Of a stretch of DNA of 64,000 nucleotides, positions 38,034-47,655 are shown piece after piece. Source of the DNA: a virus (Duplodnaviria; Caudoviricetes); IMG/VR virus record IMGVR_UViG_2526164702_000004, positions 12,985 to 76,984 of that record; one strand, given 5' to 3'. The position numbers and the translations under genes are program-made. Every line of letters starts with the position of its first letter. The first letter of the stretch is position 1. Under the pieces are notes generated by a model that ran no database searches, had not been told where the DNA came from, and worked only from the letters and a program-made list of their open reading frames with translations.

Positions 38034-38842
38034 TGGAAGAAAATTCAATTGTAAGAGCAGATAATCCTGTTGAGCAGATGCGTCGGGCGACTGATGTCGC
38101 TGGTGCGTGTCGTGAGATAGTGAACCGAACCGTGCAAGAAATCCAGGGTAAAAAATACATTAGAGTTGAGGGTTGGCAGGCAATATGTAACGCTCACGGT
38201 TGTGCGGCCTCGTCTGGATCTGTAGAGAGAGTCGAGGGTGGATTTCGCGCAATTGGTCAGATCCGTAGGCGATCAGATGGTGTCGTGATTGCCGAGGCAG
38301 AGGGCTTCATTGGTGACGACGAAAGTTCTTGGAGTGGTAGGCCAGAATACGCAAAAAGAGCAATGGCCCAAACCCGAGCGATTTCACGGGCTTGTAGATC
38401 TGCATTTGCGCATGTTGTAGTATTAATAGACGAAAATCTATTGACTACACCGGCTGAAGAAGTTCCGGCATCGGACGCGAATCCCTCAGCCGAAACTTCA
38501 AAAAAATCTAATACAACTAAACCTACTGAAGTATCGCCCGAAACTCCTATCGGAAAACCGGCCTCAAAAGAACACAAGGAAGCGTTTTTTAAGACTAACG
38601 GTAAAGCGACGTTTATCTCGAATTTTGGAGTTGAGATACTCAAGATCGACGGCACGTATCTCTACGTTCCAGTCGGTAGTTATAAAAAGCAGCAGGCTGG
38701 ACAACCGATCGATTTAACGCCTCCAGCGAGTTCGCCTAAAACCAACTCGGAAAAACCTGTCAATGGAACGGCTACTGAACTCGCTGGAGTAGGGGCAGGA
38801 ACAAAGCCGGCTGTCAGTGATGACGAGGAGGATTTATTCTAA
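38030..38842 (+). CDS. Putative single-strand annealing recombinase
   Basis: KKYIRVEGW...AMAQTRAISRACRSAF; acidic DDEEDLF tail; adjacent to the Gp157-like gene. Confidence 0.55.
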   Translation: MMEENSIVRADNPVEQMRRATDVAGACREIVNRTVQEIQGKKYIRVEGWQAICNAHGCAASSGSVERVEGGFRAIGQIRRRSDGVVIAEAEGFIGDDESSWSGRPEYAKRAMAQTRAISRACRSAFAHVVVLIDENLLTTPAEEVPASDANPSAETSKKSNTTKPTEVSPETPIGKPASKEHKEAFFKTNGKATFISNFGVEILKIDGTYLYVPVGSYKKQQAGQPIDLTPPASSPKTNSEKPVNGTATELAGVGAGTKPAVSDDEEDLF

Positions 38843-39357
38843 TGGCTGCACTCGCAACATTCAAACTATTCGAACTCAACGATCTGTATTATCAGACACT
38901 CTACTCCGCGATTAATCCGGACACGGGTGAAATTGTAGATGAGGTTCTTGCGGAGAAGTTGAACGAGATCGTTGAAGCAAAGGAAAAGAAACTCCTCAAT
39001 CTTGGGTGCATATATTGCGAACTCGAACTTGAGGCAGCAGCTTTAAAATCAAAAGAAGCCAATCTTAAAAAGAGGAGAGAGGCCCTTGAAAAAAGGTATA
39101 AGAGCCTTTTAAGATTTATTAAAGCTAATCTGCAAGAGGGGACTAAACTCAAAGACGATCGAGTTAAGCTCTATTGGCGCAAAAGCGAATCCTTGGATGT
39201 AAAAATACCTGATAATCAACTCCTTACCGTACTCGGCGAAGAGTTTACAAAAATTGAATATAGCCCAATGAAAAATGAACTCAAGGCTGCTATTAAATCA
39301 GGGAGATCATTTAAGGGTGTCGAGTTAATAGAGAATCAAAATCTACAAATAGATTAA
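38842..39357 (+). CDS. Siphovirus Gp157-family protein
   Basis: DPxTGEI..K.LN..YCELE..ALK.KE..L..RR..WRKSESL..K.AIKSG...GVELIENQNLQI. Confidence 0.8.
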   Translation: MAALATFKLFELNDLYYQTLYSAINPDTGEIVDEVLAEKLNEIVEAKEKKLLNLGCIYCELELEAAALKSKEANLKKRREALEKRYKSLLRFIKANLQEGTKLKDDRVKLYWRKSESLDVKIPDNQLLTVLGEEFTKIEYSPMKNELKAAIKSGRSFKGVELIENQNLQID

Positions 39358-39367
39358 GGAGCTATGC

Positions 39368-39541
39368 ATGGATAATCAAAAGAGAGATAGAATTAGAATT
39401 TTGAATCAATACGACGCGCTCTTTGATGATAAGTGTGATGAATCATTGGATGAGGTCACTCACATCATTGCAGGACTTATAGAGATCGACGAAGACCTAA
39501 TTCGTCAGACCGTCCTCGAGAGATGGTACGAGGCCGCATAA
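39368..39541 (+). CDS. Small acidic hypothetical protein
   Basis: 57-aa ORF with RBS AAGGAG. Confidence 0.5.
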   Translation: MDNQKRDRIRILNQYDALFDDKCDESLDEVTHIIAGLIEIDEDLIRQTVLERWYEAA

Positions 39542-39555
39542 GAGTAAGTAGCGTA

Positions 39556-39750
39556 ATCCCTGGCACGGCAGGGATAGGGGTATCTCCTAAGTTTAGCCGA
39601 CCGTGCGCGGCACTTTTGGATTGTCGGAGATTAGCGAGCTAATTTTGGGTAGCACCCACCATTCTAGACCATGGGCAAGCTCGGATCCTATAGGGAGCTT
39701 AACGACGAAATGTCTACTAAACCTTATAGGCTCTCCGAAAATCCAAAAGG
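39556..39750 (+). ncRNA. Candidate structured non-coding RNA
   Basis: GC-rich intergenic tract with several stems, one long-range helix and loop-complementary segments. Confidence 0.45.
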
Positions 39751-39765
39751 AATAAAAGAGGAATC

Positions 39766-39948
39766 ATGAAAGTTAAAACATTAATTAAGAAACTAGAGAA
39801 ATGTAATCCAGAAGCAATTGTAGAATTCGGCACAGCTTCTGGATCTGAGTCAGGTAAGGTGATCGACGTGTTCGCTGAAAAGGATAAAAAAATAGTAACA
39901 CTTGATCTCGTATCGACTCATTTTTTCGGCGAAAAAGCGGATTGGTGA
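39766..39948 (+). CDS. Hypothetical protein
   Basis: 60 aa MKVKTLIKKLEKCNPEA; RBS GAGGA. Confidence 0.65.
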   Translation: MKVKTLIKKLEKCNPEAIVEFGTASGSESGKVIDVFAEKDKKIVTLDLVSTHFFGEKADW

Positions 39949-40092
39949 TACTATGAATTTTGAGCTATACTATTACGATTTTATAATACTCAAACAATAC
40001 GCAATACTAACCGTGTGGTATAGTCTTGCGCTGGCATGTGTATCTGGGTCTTCCGTAGTTTGCTCTATATGTATAAGGACTTTAATCAAACT

Positions 40093-40347
40093 ATGGAAAC
40101 CGGCTTAAAATTTTTGATCGGATTAACTGCAATTTCCGTTATATCGGTGTTTTACTTTTTGCAGTGGTTACACGGTAGATCAGAAGATTATGATGCTGAC
40201 GATCTTATACAAAAGTGGAGTCACATACGCAAAAGTTATTTAACACAAGAGGACGCCGCTTTAAAGGCTGCAAACTCTACTGATAAAGCTAAAAATACAA
40301 AACCGGTTTCTTTTTTGGACCCGACAAAGCGACATAAAGGACAGTGA
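40093..40347 (+). CDS. Small membrane-anchored protein
   Basis: N-terminal hydrophobic helix. Confidence 0.5.
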   Translation: METGLKFLIGLTAISVISVFYFLQWLHGRSEDYDADDLIQKWSHIRKSYLTQEDAALKAANSTDKAKNTKPVSFLDPTKRHKGQ

Positions 40348-40365
40348 GAGGAAGGGATAATTATC

Positions 40366-40674
40366 ATGATTGCGGATACGCAAAACGAACACATAAATAG
40401 TATATTACAAAAACATAAATTTAAACAAGTTAGGCCGAACGAATGGAATTTTGTTGGAACTGTATATACGAAGATGGCTTTAAAATACGGGACAATGGAA
40501 TTTCATCACGTTGATCTTTGTAGTAGTATAACAATAAATATTGGTGATCAGATTATAATCAAAAAAAACAACTCTGTTGTTTTTGTAACGGATAGCCTGG
40601 ATGACCTCGATAGTTATCTAAACAATACTCTCTATCTGACTTCGCCTATGCAAAATACAGAGTGTGTTGTATGA
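40366..40674 (+). CDS. Hypothetical protein
   Basis: 102-aa ORF coupled to the replication gene. Confidence 0.55.
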   Translation: MIADTQNEHINSILQKHKFKQVRPNEWNFVGTVYTKMALKYGTMEFHHVDLCSSITINIGDQIIIKKNNSVVFVTDSLDDLDSYLNNTLYLTSPMQNTECVV

Positions 40675-41750
40675 ATGCCGTTCCTCGTAGAGTTCCACGT
40701 CCCAATCGGCCCGAGGGATCTTCTTATGCTGTTGTTGATTTTAATGTTGTTAACGGATTCGGACTGACAGACGGAGAGAAAATAATTTTTTCGCTGATTC
40801 ACAATCTTAGTAATCGGAAGGAAGGGTGTACTGCAACTAACGATTATTTTGCGAGACTATTAGAGAGGTATAACCCGTACGAAAAAGATTCTGAAAAACT
40901 TTTGGCGGAAAAAACGAAAGCTGAAAAAGCCATTTCGGCCTCTATCTCAAGGTTAGCAAAAAAGGGTGCGATAACAGTCAGGCTTTTAAAAACAAAAAAC
41001 GGGACAAGTCGGTTTATTTTTTCTAACGTTCGAATCATCAAACCCACTCCACAAAATATAGACCCGGGTCCACAAAATGTGGAAGACCCCCCACAAAAAG
41101 TAGAGTGGGGTCCACAAAATATAGAGTGCATGCACTCCACAAAATGTGGAGCAGATATTAAAGGGGATAATAAACTAGATAGTACAAAGAAAGAAAAAGA
41201 GGTTTCTTCTGAAACTATTACATTTGTAAACGTTTACGAAAAAACAAAAGAGCTTCTCGCTTCGAGGAATATCGAATACGTTCATACTGTTGGAAAAGAA
41301 ACCTCTGCTTTAAATTGGTTTATGACTTCTGGTCTTTCGGCTGATAAGATTATAGAGGTTGTATCTAATCTTATACGGATCAAAGAGTCTAAGGAATTCA
41401 AAGACGATCTTAAATTTTGGAAACCGATTCCGATCACAATTGCATCTGCAAAATCTTATTACGAAAAAATACAATCAACTATAGTCGCGCTAAAGCCGCC
41501 ATCCTCGGAACGACCAACACAAACTAATCACCAACCAGATTTTGAATACTTCGAGGATTATATTCAGGCACAAAAAATATCACCGACAACAAAACAGTTT
41601 ATCCTAAGTGCAAAATCACCGGAGGAGTATTACGATCCAAATTCGACAAACCCTAAAATTACATATGCGAAATCATTTTACGAAACATTCAAAAAATCTA
41701 AACAAGACAAAGGGGAGCCATGCAAGTTCAAACGGCCAACAGCAGCATGA
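40671..41750 (+). CDS. Phage replication initiator (lambda O-like, N-terminal wHTH)
   Basis: GLTDGEKIIFSLIHNL..EGCTATNDYFA..AISASISRLAKKG; internal iterons. Confidence 0.75.
   Translation: MNAVPRRVPRPNRPEGSSYAVVDFNVVNGFGLTDGEKIIFSLIHNLSNRKEGCTATNDYFARLLERYNPYEKDSEKLLAEKTKAEKAISASISRLAKKGAITVRLLKTKNGTSRFIFSNVRIIKPTPQNIDPGPQNVEDPPQKVEWGPQNIECMHSTKCGADIKGDNKLDSTKKEKEVSSETITFVNVYEKTKELLASRNIEYVHTVGKETSALNWFMTSGLSADKIIEVVSNLIRIKESKEFKDDLKFWKPIPITIASAKSYYEKIQSTIVALKPPSSERPTQTNHQPDFEYFEDYIQAQKISPTTKQFILSAKSPEEYYDPNSTNPKITYAKSFYETFKKSKQDKGEPCKFKRPTAA
41049..41144 (+). repeat. Iterons / replication origin inside the initiator gene
   Basis: CCACAAAA at 41049, 41070, 41091, 41112 and 41137 (spacing 21, 21, 21, 25). 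Confidence 0.75.
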
Positions 41751-41917
41751 CGAACGAACAATTGGGAGCGTCAATTCATTGGCATCTTAACAGTGGGTAT
41801 AGAATCGAACGGACATACGAGATTTTTGCAAGACGAGGAGCAACGTTAGCGCTCGTTACTGAGATCTACGAAAAAATGAAAAGTGAACGTGCTGAACTGG
41901 CGAGGAGGGGAAAATGA
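41720..41917 (+). CDS. Hypothetical protein
   Basis: 65-aa ORF. Confidence 0.5.
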   Translation: MQVQTANSSMTNEQLGASIHWHLNSGYRIERTYEIFARRGATLALVTEIYEKMKSERAELARRGK

Positions 41918-41973
41918 GTTTATATGAAGATGTTAATTGCCCTTACTGTGGAGAGGGTTGAGATTAATAAGAA

Positions 41974-42426
41974 ATGAAACCACAACCCGAAGTCACACTA
42001 GATCAATTCCTTTCCGCGTTTGACGAGGGCGTAAAGAAGGCTGTGGAAAAACCTACTGTAGTGCCTAACGTGCGCGTTGAGGATCGCGGGTTTTTCACGG
42101 AGGAGCGATTCTACAGAGTCGAGTCGCGTAAAACGGGTGAACTGTGTTTTGCGTCTCGTTGCCTGGGGCAAACAGCAGAGCACCCGGGGTGTTATCAGGT
42201 CACGAGGTATTCAGATCACAGACGTCGCTGGGTAACGACAGAGGAATTCGTGACACAGTTCAAACGGCTCAAAGACAAACCGGAGAGAGTCTACGTTAGT
42301 GACGCGTTGGGAGTAAGGCTTGATTGGAAGAAGACGGCAATTGAAGAGGATAACGTGGCGAGTGCTTTGTTGTGGAGTTGGTTTAATAGCGTGAGAAAGA
42401 ACAAACAGAGTAGGGAGGTTGCGTAA
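41974..42426 (+). CDS. Hypothetical protein
   Basis: 150-aa ORF. Confidence 0.6.
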   Translation: MKPQPEVTLDQFLSAFDEGVKKAVEKPTVVPNVRVEDRGFFTEERFYRVESRKTGELCFASRCLGQTAEHPGCYQVTRYSDHRRRWVTTEEFVTQFKRLKDKPERVYVSDALGVRLDWKKTAIEEDNVASALLWSWFNSVRKNKQSREVA

Positions 42427-42483
42427 GTCGATGATTGTCGCAAAAAATCAAAGAGGAAAATTTTCGGAAACGGGGTCGCTGGA

Positions 42484-42834
42484 ATGACTGTCGAGCTTAA
42501 GACAAAAATAAAACCGGTATCCGTAAATAGAAGATACGGCCTTTCAAAGAATAAAAAAAAGTTAATATTATCAAATGATTATAGATCTGTTAAAGAAGGA
42601 TTACAATATGATTTTAGATCACAATGCTTATGTGGTCCAGTAATCTTGAACGAATGCTCTGTGGAAATTCATACATCTTATGAACGTCTTGATATTGATG
42701 CAATTGCGAAAATTCTTTTAGATGCGATGAATGGAATCGTATATAAAGATGATAGGCAAGTTTATCGTTTGGTGATGGAAAGAAAAATCCGTGACGATAT
42801 AAGAATCGTTGTGACGGAGAGGAAAGGAATATGA
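42484..42834 (+). CDS. rusA: RusA-like Holliday junction resolvase
   Basis: PVSVNRRY...DIDAIAKILLDAMNGIVYKDDRQV. Confidence 0.85.
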   Translation: MTVELKTKIKPVSVNRRYGLSKNKKKLILSNDYRSVKEGLQYDFRSQCLCGPVILNECSVEIHTSYERLDIDAIAKILLDAMNGIVYKDDRQVYRLVMERKIRDDIRIVVTERKGI

Positions 42835-43367
42835 ACTTCGAAGTAGGTAAATTTTATAAAATCCCTTGCGCTGAATTAATAGGACCTAAAGGCAAAAGAG
42901 TTTTTGTCCCAGTTAATGGCCCTGAGCATTCAGATCCACAATTCGGAGCGAAGGAAAATCATCATCACATTGATACGAGATTTATATCAGAAAATTATAA
43001 TGAACAATTTTCCATTCAATCCGGATTTACAAACAAACCAGTGTGGACGGGTCAAAAAAATATAATCTCCGGAGAACGGTTTTCTTTCCAGGGGATTATA
43101 TTTAAGAGGAAGCTTTGTCGTTCGAATGTTACGGGTCTTCTTGGGCCAAACCCATCGGACCGTGCACCGGAACTTGAGAAATACAAATCGTGGGCAAAAG
43201 GCTTCTTTGGGAAAAAGTGCCATGGTAAGAGATGCCCACATCTGGGAACGGAACTCATCGAGGCCAATGGAGTTAAATTCTGCCCACTCCATGGCCTAAA
43301 ATCAGACAAAGAGGGCAGTGAGATTGTAGGATATTTTTTGCCAGAACAAGGAGTAGGAACGATATGA
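42831..43367 (+). CDS. Protein with a C-terminal Rieske-type [2Fe-2S] motif pair
   Basis: RCPHLG...FCPLHG. Confidence 0.6.
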   Translation: MNFEVGKFYKIPCAELIGPKGKRVFVPVNGPEHSDPQFGAKENHHHIDTRFISENYNEQFSIQSGFTNKPVWTGQKNIISGERFSFQGIIFKRKLCRSNVTGLLGPNPSDRAPELEKYKSWAKGFFGKKCHGKRCPHLGTELIEANGVKFCPLHGLKSDKEGSEIVGYFLPEQGVGTI

Positions 43368-43687
43368 AAGTGTTTTTAATTAATGATTACGAATATTGGG
43401 CGTCACCGTCTTTACGACAACTTGCACGTTATCTCATTGCTGGCACTAGTGAGTCTGTTAAGGAGTTTCTTTCAGAAAACGTATTAGAGATTGTTGATGC
43501 AGACGAACAGTATGTTTGCGAAATTGATGAGGCAACGCAAGATTTTATGAGATACGGTGAAACAGAAGAAGATCGATATTGGTTGGAAAAATTGGGGGCA
43601 GTAGTCACCTTTAGACGTTATATAGAACTTTGTATCGACTCGGGCCATGATCCAAATTGTCCTTTCCCCATTGCCTGTAGGGATTGA
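43364..43687 (+). CDS. Hypothetical protein
   Basis: 107-aa coupled ORF. Confidence 0.6.
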   Translation: MKVFLINDYEYWASPSLRQLARYLIAGTSESVKEFLSENVLEIVDADEQYVCEIDEATQDFMRYGETEEDRYWLEKLGAVVTFRRYIELCIDSGHDPNCPFPIACRD

Positions 43688-43970
43688 AGCCGTGATCGTA
43701 ATTAAAGTTGAAATCTGGCCGAACGGCGACGAGTCAAAAGCACGTGAGCATTCGCGTGCGTATATAGCAAACGACGGAAAGACGGTAAAAGAAACAAAGG
43801 GCGCATACGGCTCTTACGACGCAAGGTTTATGCAGAGCCAGGATTTTAATCCGAAGAGAGTTTGGAAGTCGAGCAGGGCAGAGCGTATCCATAGGAAGCT
43901 ACGCGGTGTTTGGGATATTGTCTACGTTGCGCTTCGGAATGCGGGAATGGAAGAGAGGAATAAGGGATGA
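43647..43970 (+). CDS. Hypothetical protein (start probably near 43692)
   Basis: VIKVEIWPNGDESKAR...; coupled to the next gene. Confidence 0.55.
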   Translation: MIQIVLSPLPVGIEAVIVIKVEIWPNGDESKAREHSRAYIANDGKTVKETKGAYGSYDARFMQSQDFNPKRVWKSSRAERIHRKLRGVWDIVYVALRNAGMEERNKG

Positions 43971-44899
43971 AAAACTCAAAGATAGAATGGACTGATCACA
44001 CTTGGAACCCGGTTACAGGATGTACGAAAGTTTCAGCCGGTTGTAGAAACTGTTACGCTGAGACAATCAGCAAGCGCAAGTTTGGGGAATGGAAAGATAG
44101 GGATTTTTCGGAAGTCGCATTAAAATATAACAAACTTTTTGAACCGTTTTCGATTCGAAAACCTTCGAAAATCTTCGTAAACTCAATGTCTGATCTTTTT
44201 CATGATGATGTTCCGGATTCGTTCATTGACAGAATTTTTGGCGTGATGGCCTTAAATCCCAAACACACGTTTCAAGTTTTAACAAAACGTCCGGAACGAA
44301 TGTTAGAATATTTAACAACTGAAGACCGTGCGGGCGAAATAGGTGACGTTGCGTACTCTTTTGTGGAATCCAATCGGCAAACGAGGAGTATAAAAATGCC
44401 GCACGAATCGACCGACAAGTGGTCTGGATTAGTCGAGTGGCCGCTCCCAAACGTTTGGCTTGGGGTATCAGTTGAAGATCAAGAAACAGCGGATGAGAGA
44501 ATTCCGTTTTTGATGGAAGCTCCAGCGAAAATAAAATTTATATCAGCAGAACCACTTTTAGGTGAGATTGATTTAACGAACTTAGAAACAGAAGACTATG
44601 GCACAGTCAACGCGCTCAAAGGCAACCTCGATATTTTATCTATGGGCTATTACGAGGATATTTGGGGAACGCTATCTCCTATCGATTGGGTTATAGCAGG
44701 AGGAGAGTCAGGCCCGAATGCAAGACTTGTGCGGCCAAATTGGATTCGAAATTTGCGTGATCAGTGTACAGACGCAGATGTTCCGTTCTTCTTTAAGCAA
44801 TGGGGTGATAAGAGAAATTCTAGGGCGCGCCTTGACGGGGAAGAGTGGAAACAGTTTCCAAAAAAAGCAGCGGAAAAGGCGAATATTGAATGCGATTGA
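43967..44899 (+). CDS. Gp37/Gp68 (DUF5131) family protein
   Basis: SKIEWTDHTWNPVTGCTKVSAGCRNCYA, FVNSMSDLFH, VIAGGESG. Confidence 0.9.
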   Translation: MKNSKIEWTDHTWNPVTGCTKVSAGCRNCYAETISKRKFGEWKDRDFSEVALKYNKLFEPFSIRKPSKIFVNSMSDLFHDDVPDSFIDRIFGVMALNPKHTFQVLTKRPERMLEYLTTEDRAGEIGDVAYSFVESNRQTRSIKMPHESTDKWSGLVEWPLPNVWLGVSVEDQETADERIPFLMEAPAKIKFISAEPLLGEIDLTNLETEDYGTVNALKGNLDILSMGYYEDIWGTLSPIDWVIAGGESGPNARLVRPNWIRNLRDQCTDADVPFFFKQWGDKRNSRARLDGEEWKQFPKKAAEKANIECD

Positions 44900-45302
44900 A
44901 AATCGGTGATAGAGTCAAGACCCCGCACGGTGAGGGCATTATTCATTCCTTCGAAAAGACGCAAAGAACTCGACGTGTCTGTGTTACGTTGGATAAAAAA
45001 CATTTGGATAGGGAGTTGCTTTGTTATTTTGATAACGATGTGATTTCGCTAAAGCCCTCCTTCATGACCTGTAAAGTTTGCAAAGTTAAATATTCGAGAG
45101 AGTATTATGTTGATTTTGTTAACGGTGAGTGTATGCCATGCCGCTCGCAACGTGAGTTTGACGAATATTGTGAAAAGGAAGAAAGTGAATTAAAAAGATA
45201 TAACGAAATGAATGGCACTAATTATAATAGCCAGTCCTTTTTTTGCGACTGACCTAGTAACATAAAAGTAGACACCTTTTTTTCCAAGAATAGAGGTAAA
45301 AG

Positions 45303-45608
45303 TTGAGAATGAAAGGAAGAAGAAAATATTCGCCGGAGTTTCGGGAACAAGCAGTAAACCGGACGTTAAATGGATCGTTTACAATAAAAGAAGTAGCAGA
45401 GTCCTTAGGAGTTAGCTACTTTGTATTGAGACAATGGAAGGCCGAGCATTTGAAAAAGAAGGAAACAGAGCAACCACTTCCGGATAAACAGCTAAAGGAA
45501 AGCGAAGAATTGAAAAGACTTCGTAAAGAGAATGTGAGATTAAAGGATGAAAACGCGATCTTAAAAAAGTTTGCGGCCATGCTTTCCCGCGAACAGAATC
45601 CCGATTGA
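45303..45608 (+). CDS. IS3 OrfA
   Basis: RRKYSPEFREQAV..HTH..ELKRLRKENVRLKDENAILKK. Confidence 0.9.
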   Translation: MRMKGRRKYSPEFREQAVNRTLNGSFTIKEVAESLGVSYFVLRQWKAEHLKKKETEQPLPDKQLKESEELKRLRKENVRLKDENAILKKFAAMLSREQNPD

Positions 45609-46450
45609 AGTTCATGAAATCGAATTGCTTAGAGCATAGTATAGGGAGCATGGCAAGAGTTTTAGGAGTATCTCGATCAGGATATTATAAATATCTAAAC
45701 CGTCATAAAGATCGGTCAGTTGCTCCTGACCTTACGAATTTTCTCCAAGAGAAGTGGCTTAAAAGTCGTAAGAATTACGGTTTTAAACGTCTCTTTCAGG
45801 AAGTGAAAAAGTCGAATCTTCCCTATGGAGCGAGGAAAGTTCGAAAAGCGATGAAACACTGTAAAATTAGCGGGAAACAGAGGAAGCAGTTTAGACCTTT
45901 GACAACGAATTCAAAACACGGGGGTAGAATTGCTCCTGATTTAGTTCAAAGGAAATTTCATCCGAACGAGCAGAACCGAATTTGGGTGTCTGATGTTACA
46001 TTCATTCGGACTTCGTTTGGTTGGAGTTATCTTTGTGTGATTTTGGATCTGTATTCACGCAAGACAGTGGGTTGGTCGCTTTCCGATCGTAATGATTCTC
46101 AGTTGGTATGTGATACGGTATTAAAAGCAGTGTTGTCAAGAAACCCTCGGAAAGGATTGATCTTTCATTCGGATCGGGGTTCTAATTTCTGTTCTAAAGA
46201 AACACGTAGACTACTAATTGCCAATGGTATCAGACGAAGCAACAGCAGAAAAGGAAATTGTTGGGACAATGCGGTGGCAGAGTCTTTCTTTAGTTCTCTA
46301 AAAAGAGAAATCGAATACAATACATTCTATAACATTGAAGAAGCGGAGCATCTTCTATTTGATTTTATCGAAGTGTATTACAATAGATTCAGGTTTCATT
46401 CTACATTAGGTTATATGAGCCCTGAAGAATTTGAGACAAATATTGCTTAA
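45605..46450 (+). CDS. IS3 OrfB DDE transposase
   Basis: WVSDVTF, FHSDRGS, CWDNAVAESFF. Confidence 0.95.
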   Translation: MKFMKSNCLEHSIGSMARVLGVSRSGYYKYLNRHKDRSVAPDLTNFLQEKWLKSRKNYGFKRLFQEVKKSNLPYGARKVRKAMKHCKISGKQRKQFRPLTTNSKHGGRIAPDLVQRKFHPNEQNRIWVSDVTFIRTSFGWSYLCVILDLYSRKTVGWSLSDRNDSQLVCDTVLKAVLSRNPRKGLIFHSDRGSNFCSKETRRLLIANGIRRSNSRKGNCWDNAVAESFFSSLKREIEYNTFYNIEEAEHLLFDFIEVYYNRFRFHSTLGYMSPEEFETNIA

Positions 46451-46653
46451 ATGGCTGTCCACTTTTATGTGACTACTTCAGACTGTTACGACAATAAAAT
46501 TGATTCGAGCACGTTAGGAGGTAGGTTTGTGTGCTTGCGACAAACCTACAGCTTTGCACAGTCAATTCAGGATGACGAGATTATGGACTCTGATCCTCAG
46601 CCGTCTTTATTTGATTACGATAACTCGATTCCGTTTTAGGAGAAAATAATAGA

Positions 46654-46947
46654 ATGTCATTAAAAATAAAATTCTTACGCAAGATTGTGGATCTTAAATA
46701 CAATCTTCAGAAGCTAAGGCAAACGGGTAGTAGTTATAAGATACTTGGAAATATTCTTGATTACTCATTTATATGCGTTTACTTAAATCACAACTTTGGT
46801 GGTTACCTGAGAACTTGGCGTTTGTTTATATTAAATTTAGATTATATTAAATATAGTGACGTTCTATACAATTATCTAATGATTGAATTTGGTATATTCG
46901 GGTTTTGGTTAAGTATTTGGATTAGATTGTGGAGGGTGAAAAAATAG
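46654..46947 (+). CDS. Hydrophobic hypothetical protein, paralog A
   Basis: MSLKIK..RKIV.LK...FICVYLNH...EFG..G. Confidence 0.6.
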   Translation: MSLKIKFLRKIVDLKYNLQKLRQTGSSYKILGNILDYSFICVYLNHNFGGYLRTWRLFILNLDYIKYSDVLYNYLMIEFGIFGFWLSIWIRLWRVKK

Positions 46948-46948
46948 T

Positions 46949-47248
46949 ATGTCATTAAAAATCAAAACCTGGAGAAAGATTGTGTATCTTAAATGGTTCC
47001 TCATTCGGCTAAGGCGTAATGGTAGTATTAAATTAATAGGTAAAAGTCCATTTGATTCATTTATATGTGTTTACTTGAATCATTATTATAGCCTTACCTC
47101 TCAAGACAATAAAGGTTTAATTATATTAAATTTATATTATTTTACTTATGATGGGACAGCACTCAAACGTTTGTTCTTTGAGTTTGGTTTATTGGGAGTT
47201 TCGTTAGATATTTGGATCATATTGTGTGGGAGGGTAGGGGAGGAATAA
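46949..47248 (+). CDS. Hydrophobic hypothetical protein, paralog B
   Basis: Tandem paralog of the previous gene. Confidence 0.6.
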   Translation: MSLKIKTWRKIVYLKWFLIRLRRNGSIKLIGKSPFDSFICVYLNHYYSLTSQDNKGLIILNLYYFTYDGTALKRLFFEFGLLGVSLDIWIILCGRVGEE

Positions 47249-47250
47249 GT

Positions 47251-47655
47251 ATGAAAGAAGAACAAATGACTCCACAAGAACGCCGTGAATATATCGCTGA
47301 AAAGATTTTGGGATGGAAATTTCTGCCCAACCATAAAGGTGATAGTGGATTTTATATTATGTCAAATTGGGCATATGATAAAGGAAGAATAATATCAATG
47401 CCTAGAATACCTAGAGTAGTGAAGCCGGAGGAACTTCCCGACTTCGAATCCCTTTCGGAGTGTATTGGTCCTTTGTGCGAAGTAGTGTTTCCGATGCTTG
47501 CAGGAGAAAAGTGGATCATTTCGTTTTTAGATAATGGACACGTGAACTTGATAGATGGTCCTCGATGGGCAGTATTAGACATTAGAACAGGACCGCTTGC
47601 GACGGTCCTTGTTGATGCACACATGAAAATCACAGGAGAAAAACGGAATGGATGA
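47251..47655 (+). CDS. Hypothetical protein
   Basis: RBS GGAGG; REYIAEKILGW motif common in phage early proteins. Confidence 0.6.
   Translation: MKEEQMTPQERREYIAEKILGWKFLPNHKGDSGFYIMSNWAYDKGRIISMPRIPRVVKPEELPDFESLSECIGPLCEVVFPMLAGEKWIISFLDNGHVNLIDGPRWAVLDIRTGPLATVLVDAHMKITGEKRNG

Larger units (their letters stand above)
45250..46480 (+). mobile_element. IS3-family insertion sequence, 1231 bp
   Basis: TG...CA ends; imperfect IRs TGACCTAGTAACATAAAAGTAGAC and TGAAGTAGTCACATAAAAGTGGAC; 3-bp TSD GAC. Confidence 0.95.
44890..46639 (+). pseudogene. Cys-rich hypothetical gene interrupted by IS3
   Basis: Removing the IS and one GAC copy rejoins ...QSFFCD to CYDNKIDSS...NSIPF* in frame. Confidence 0.75.
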
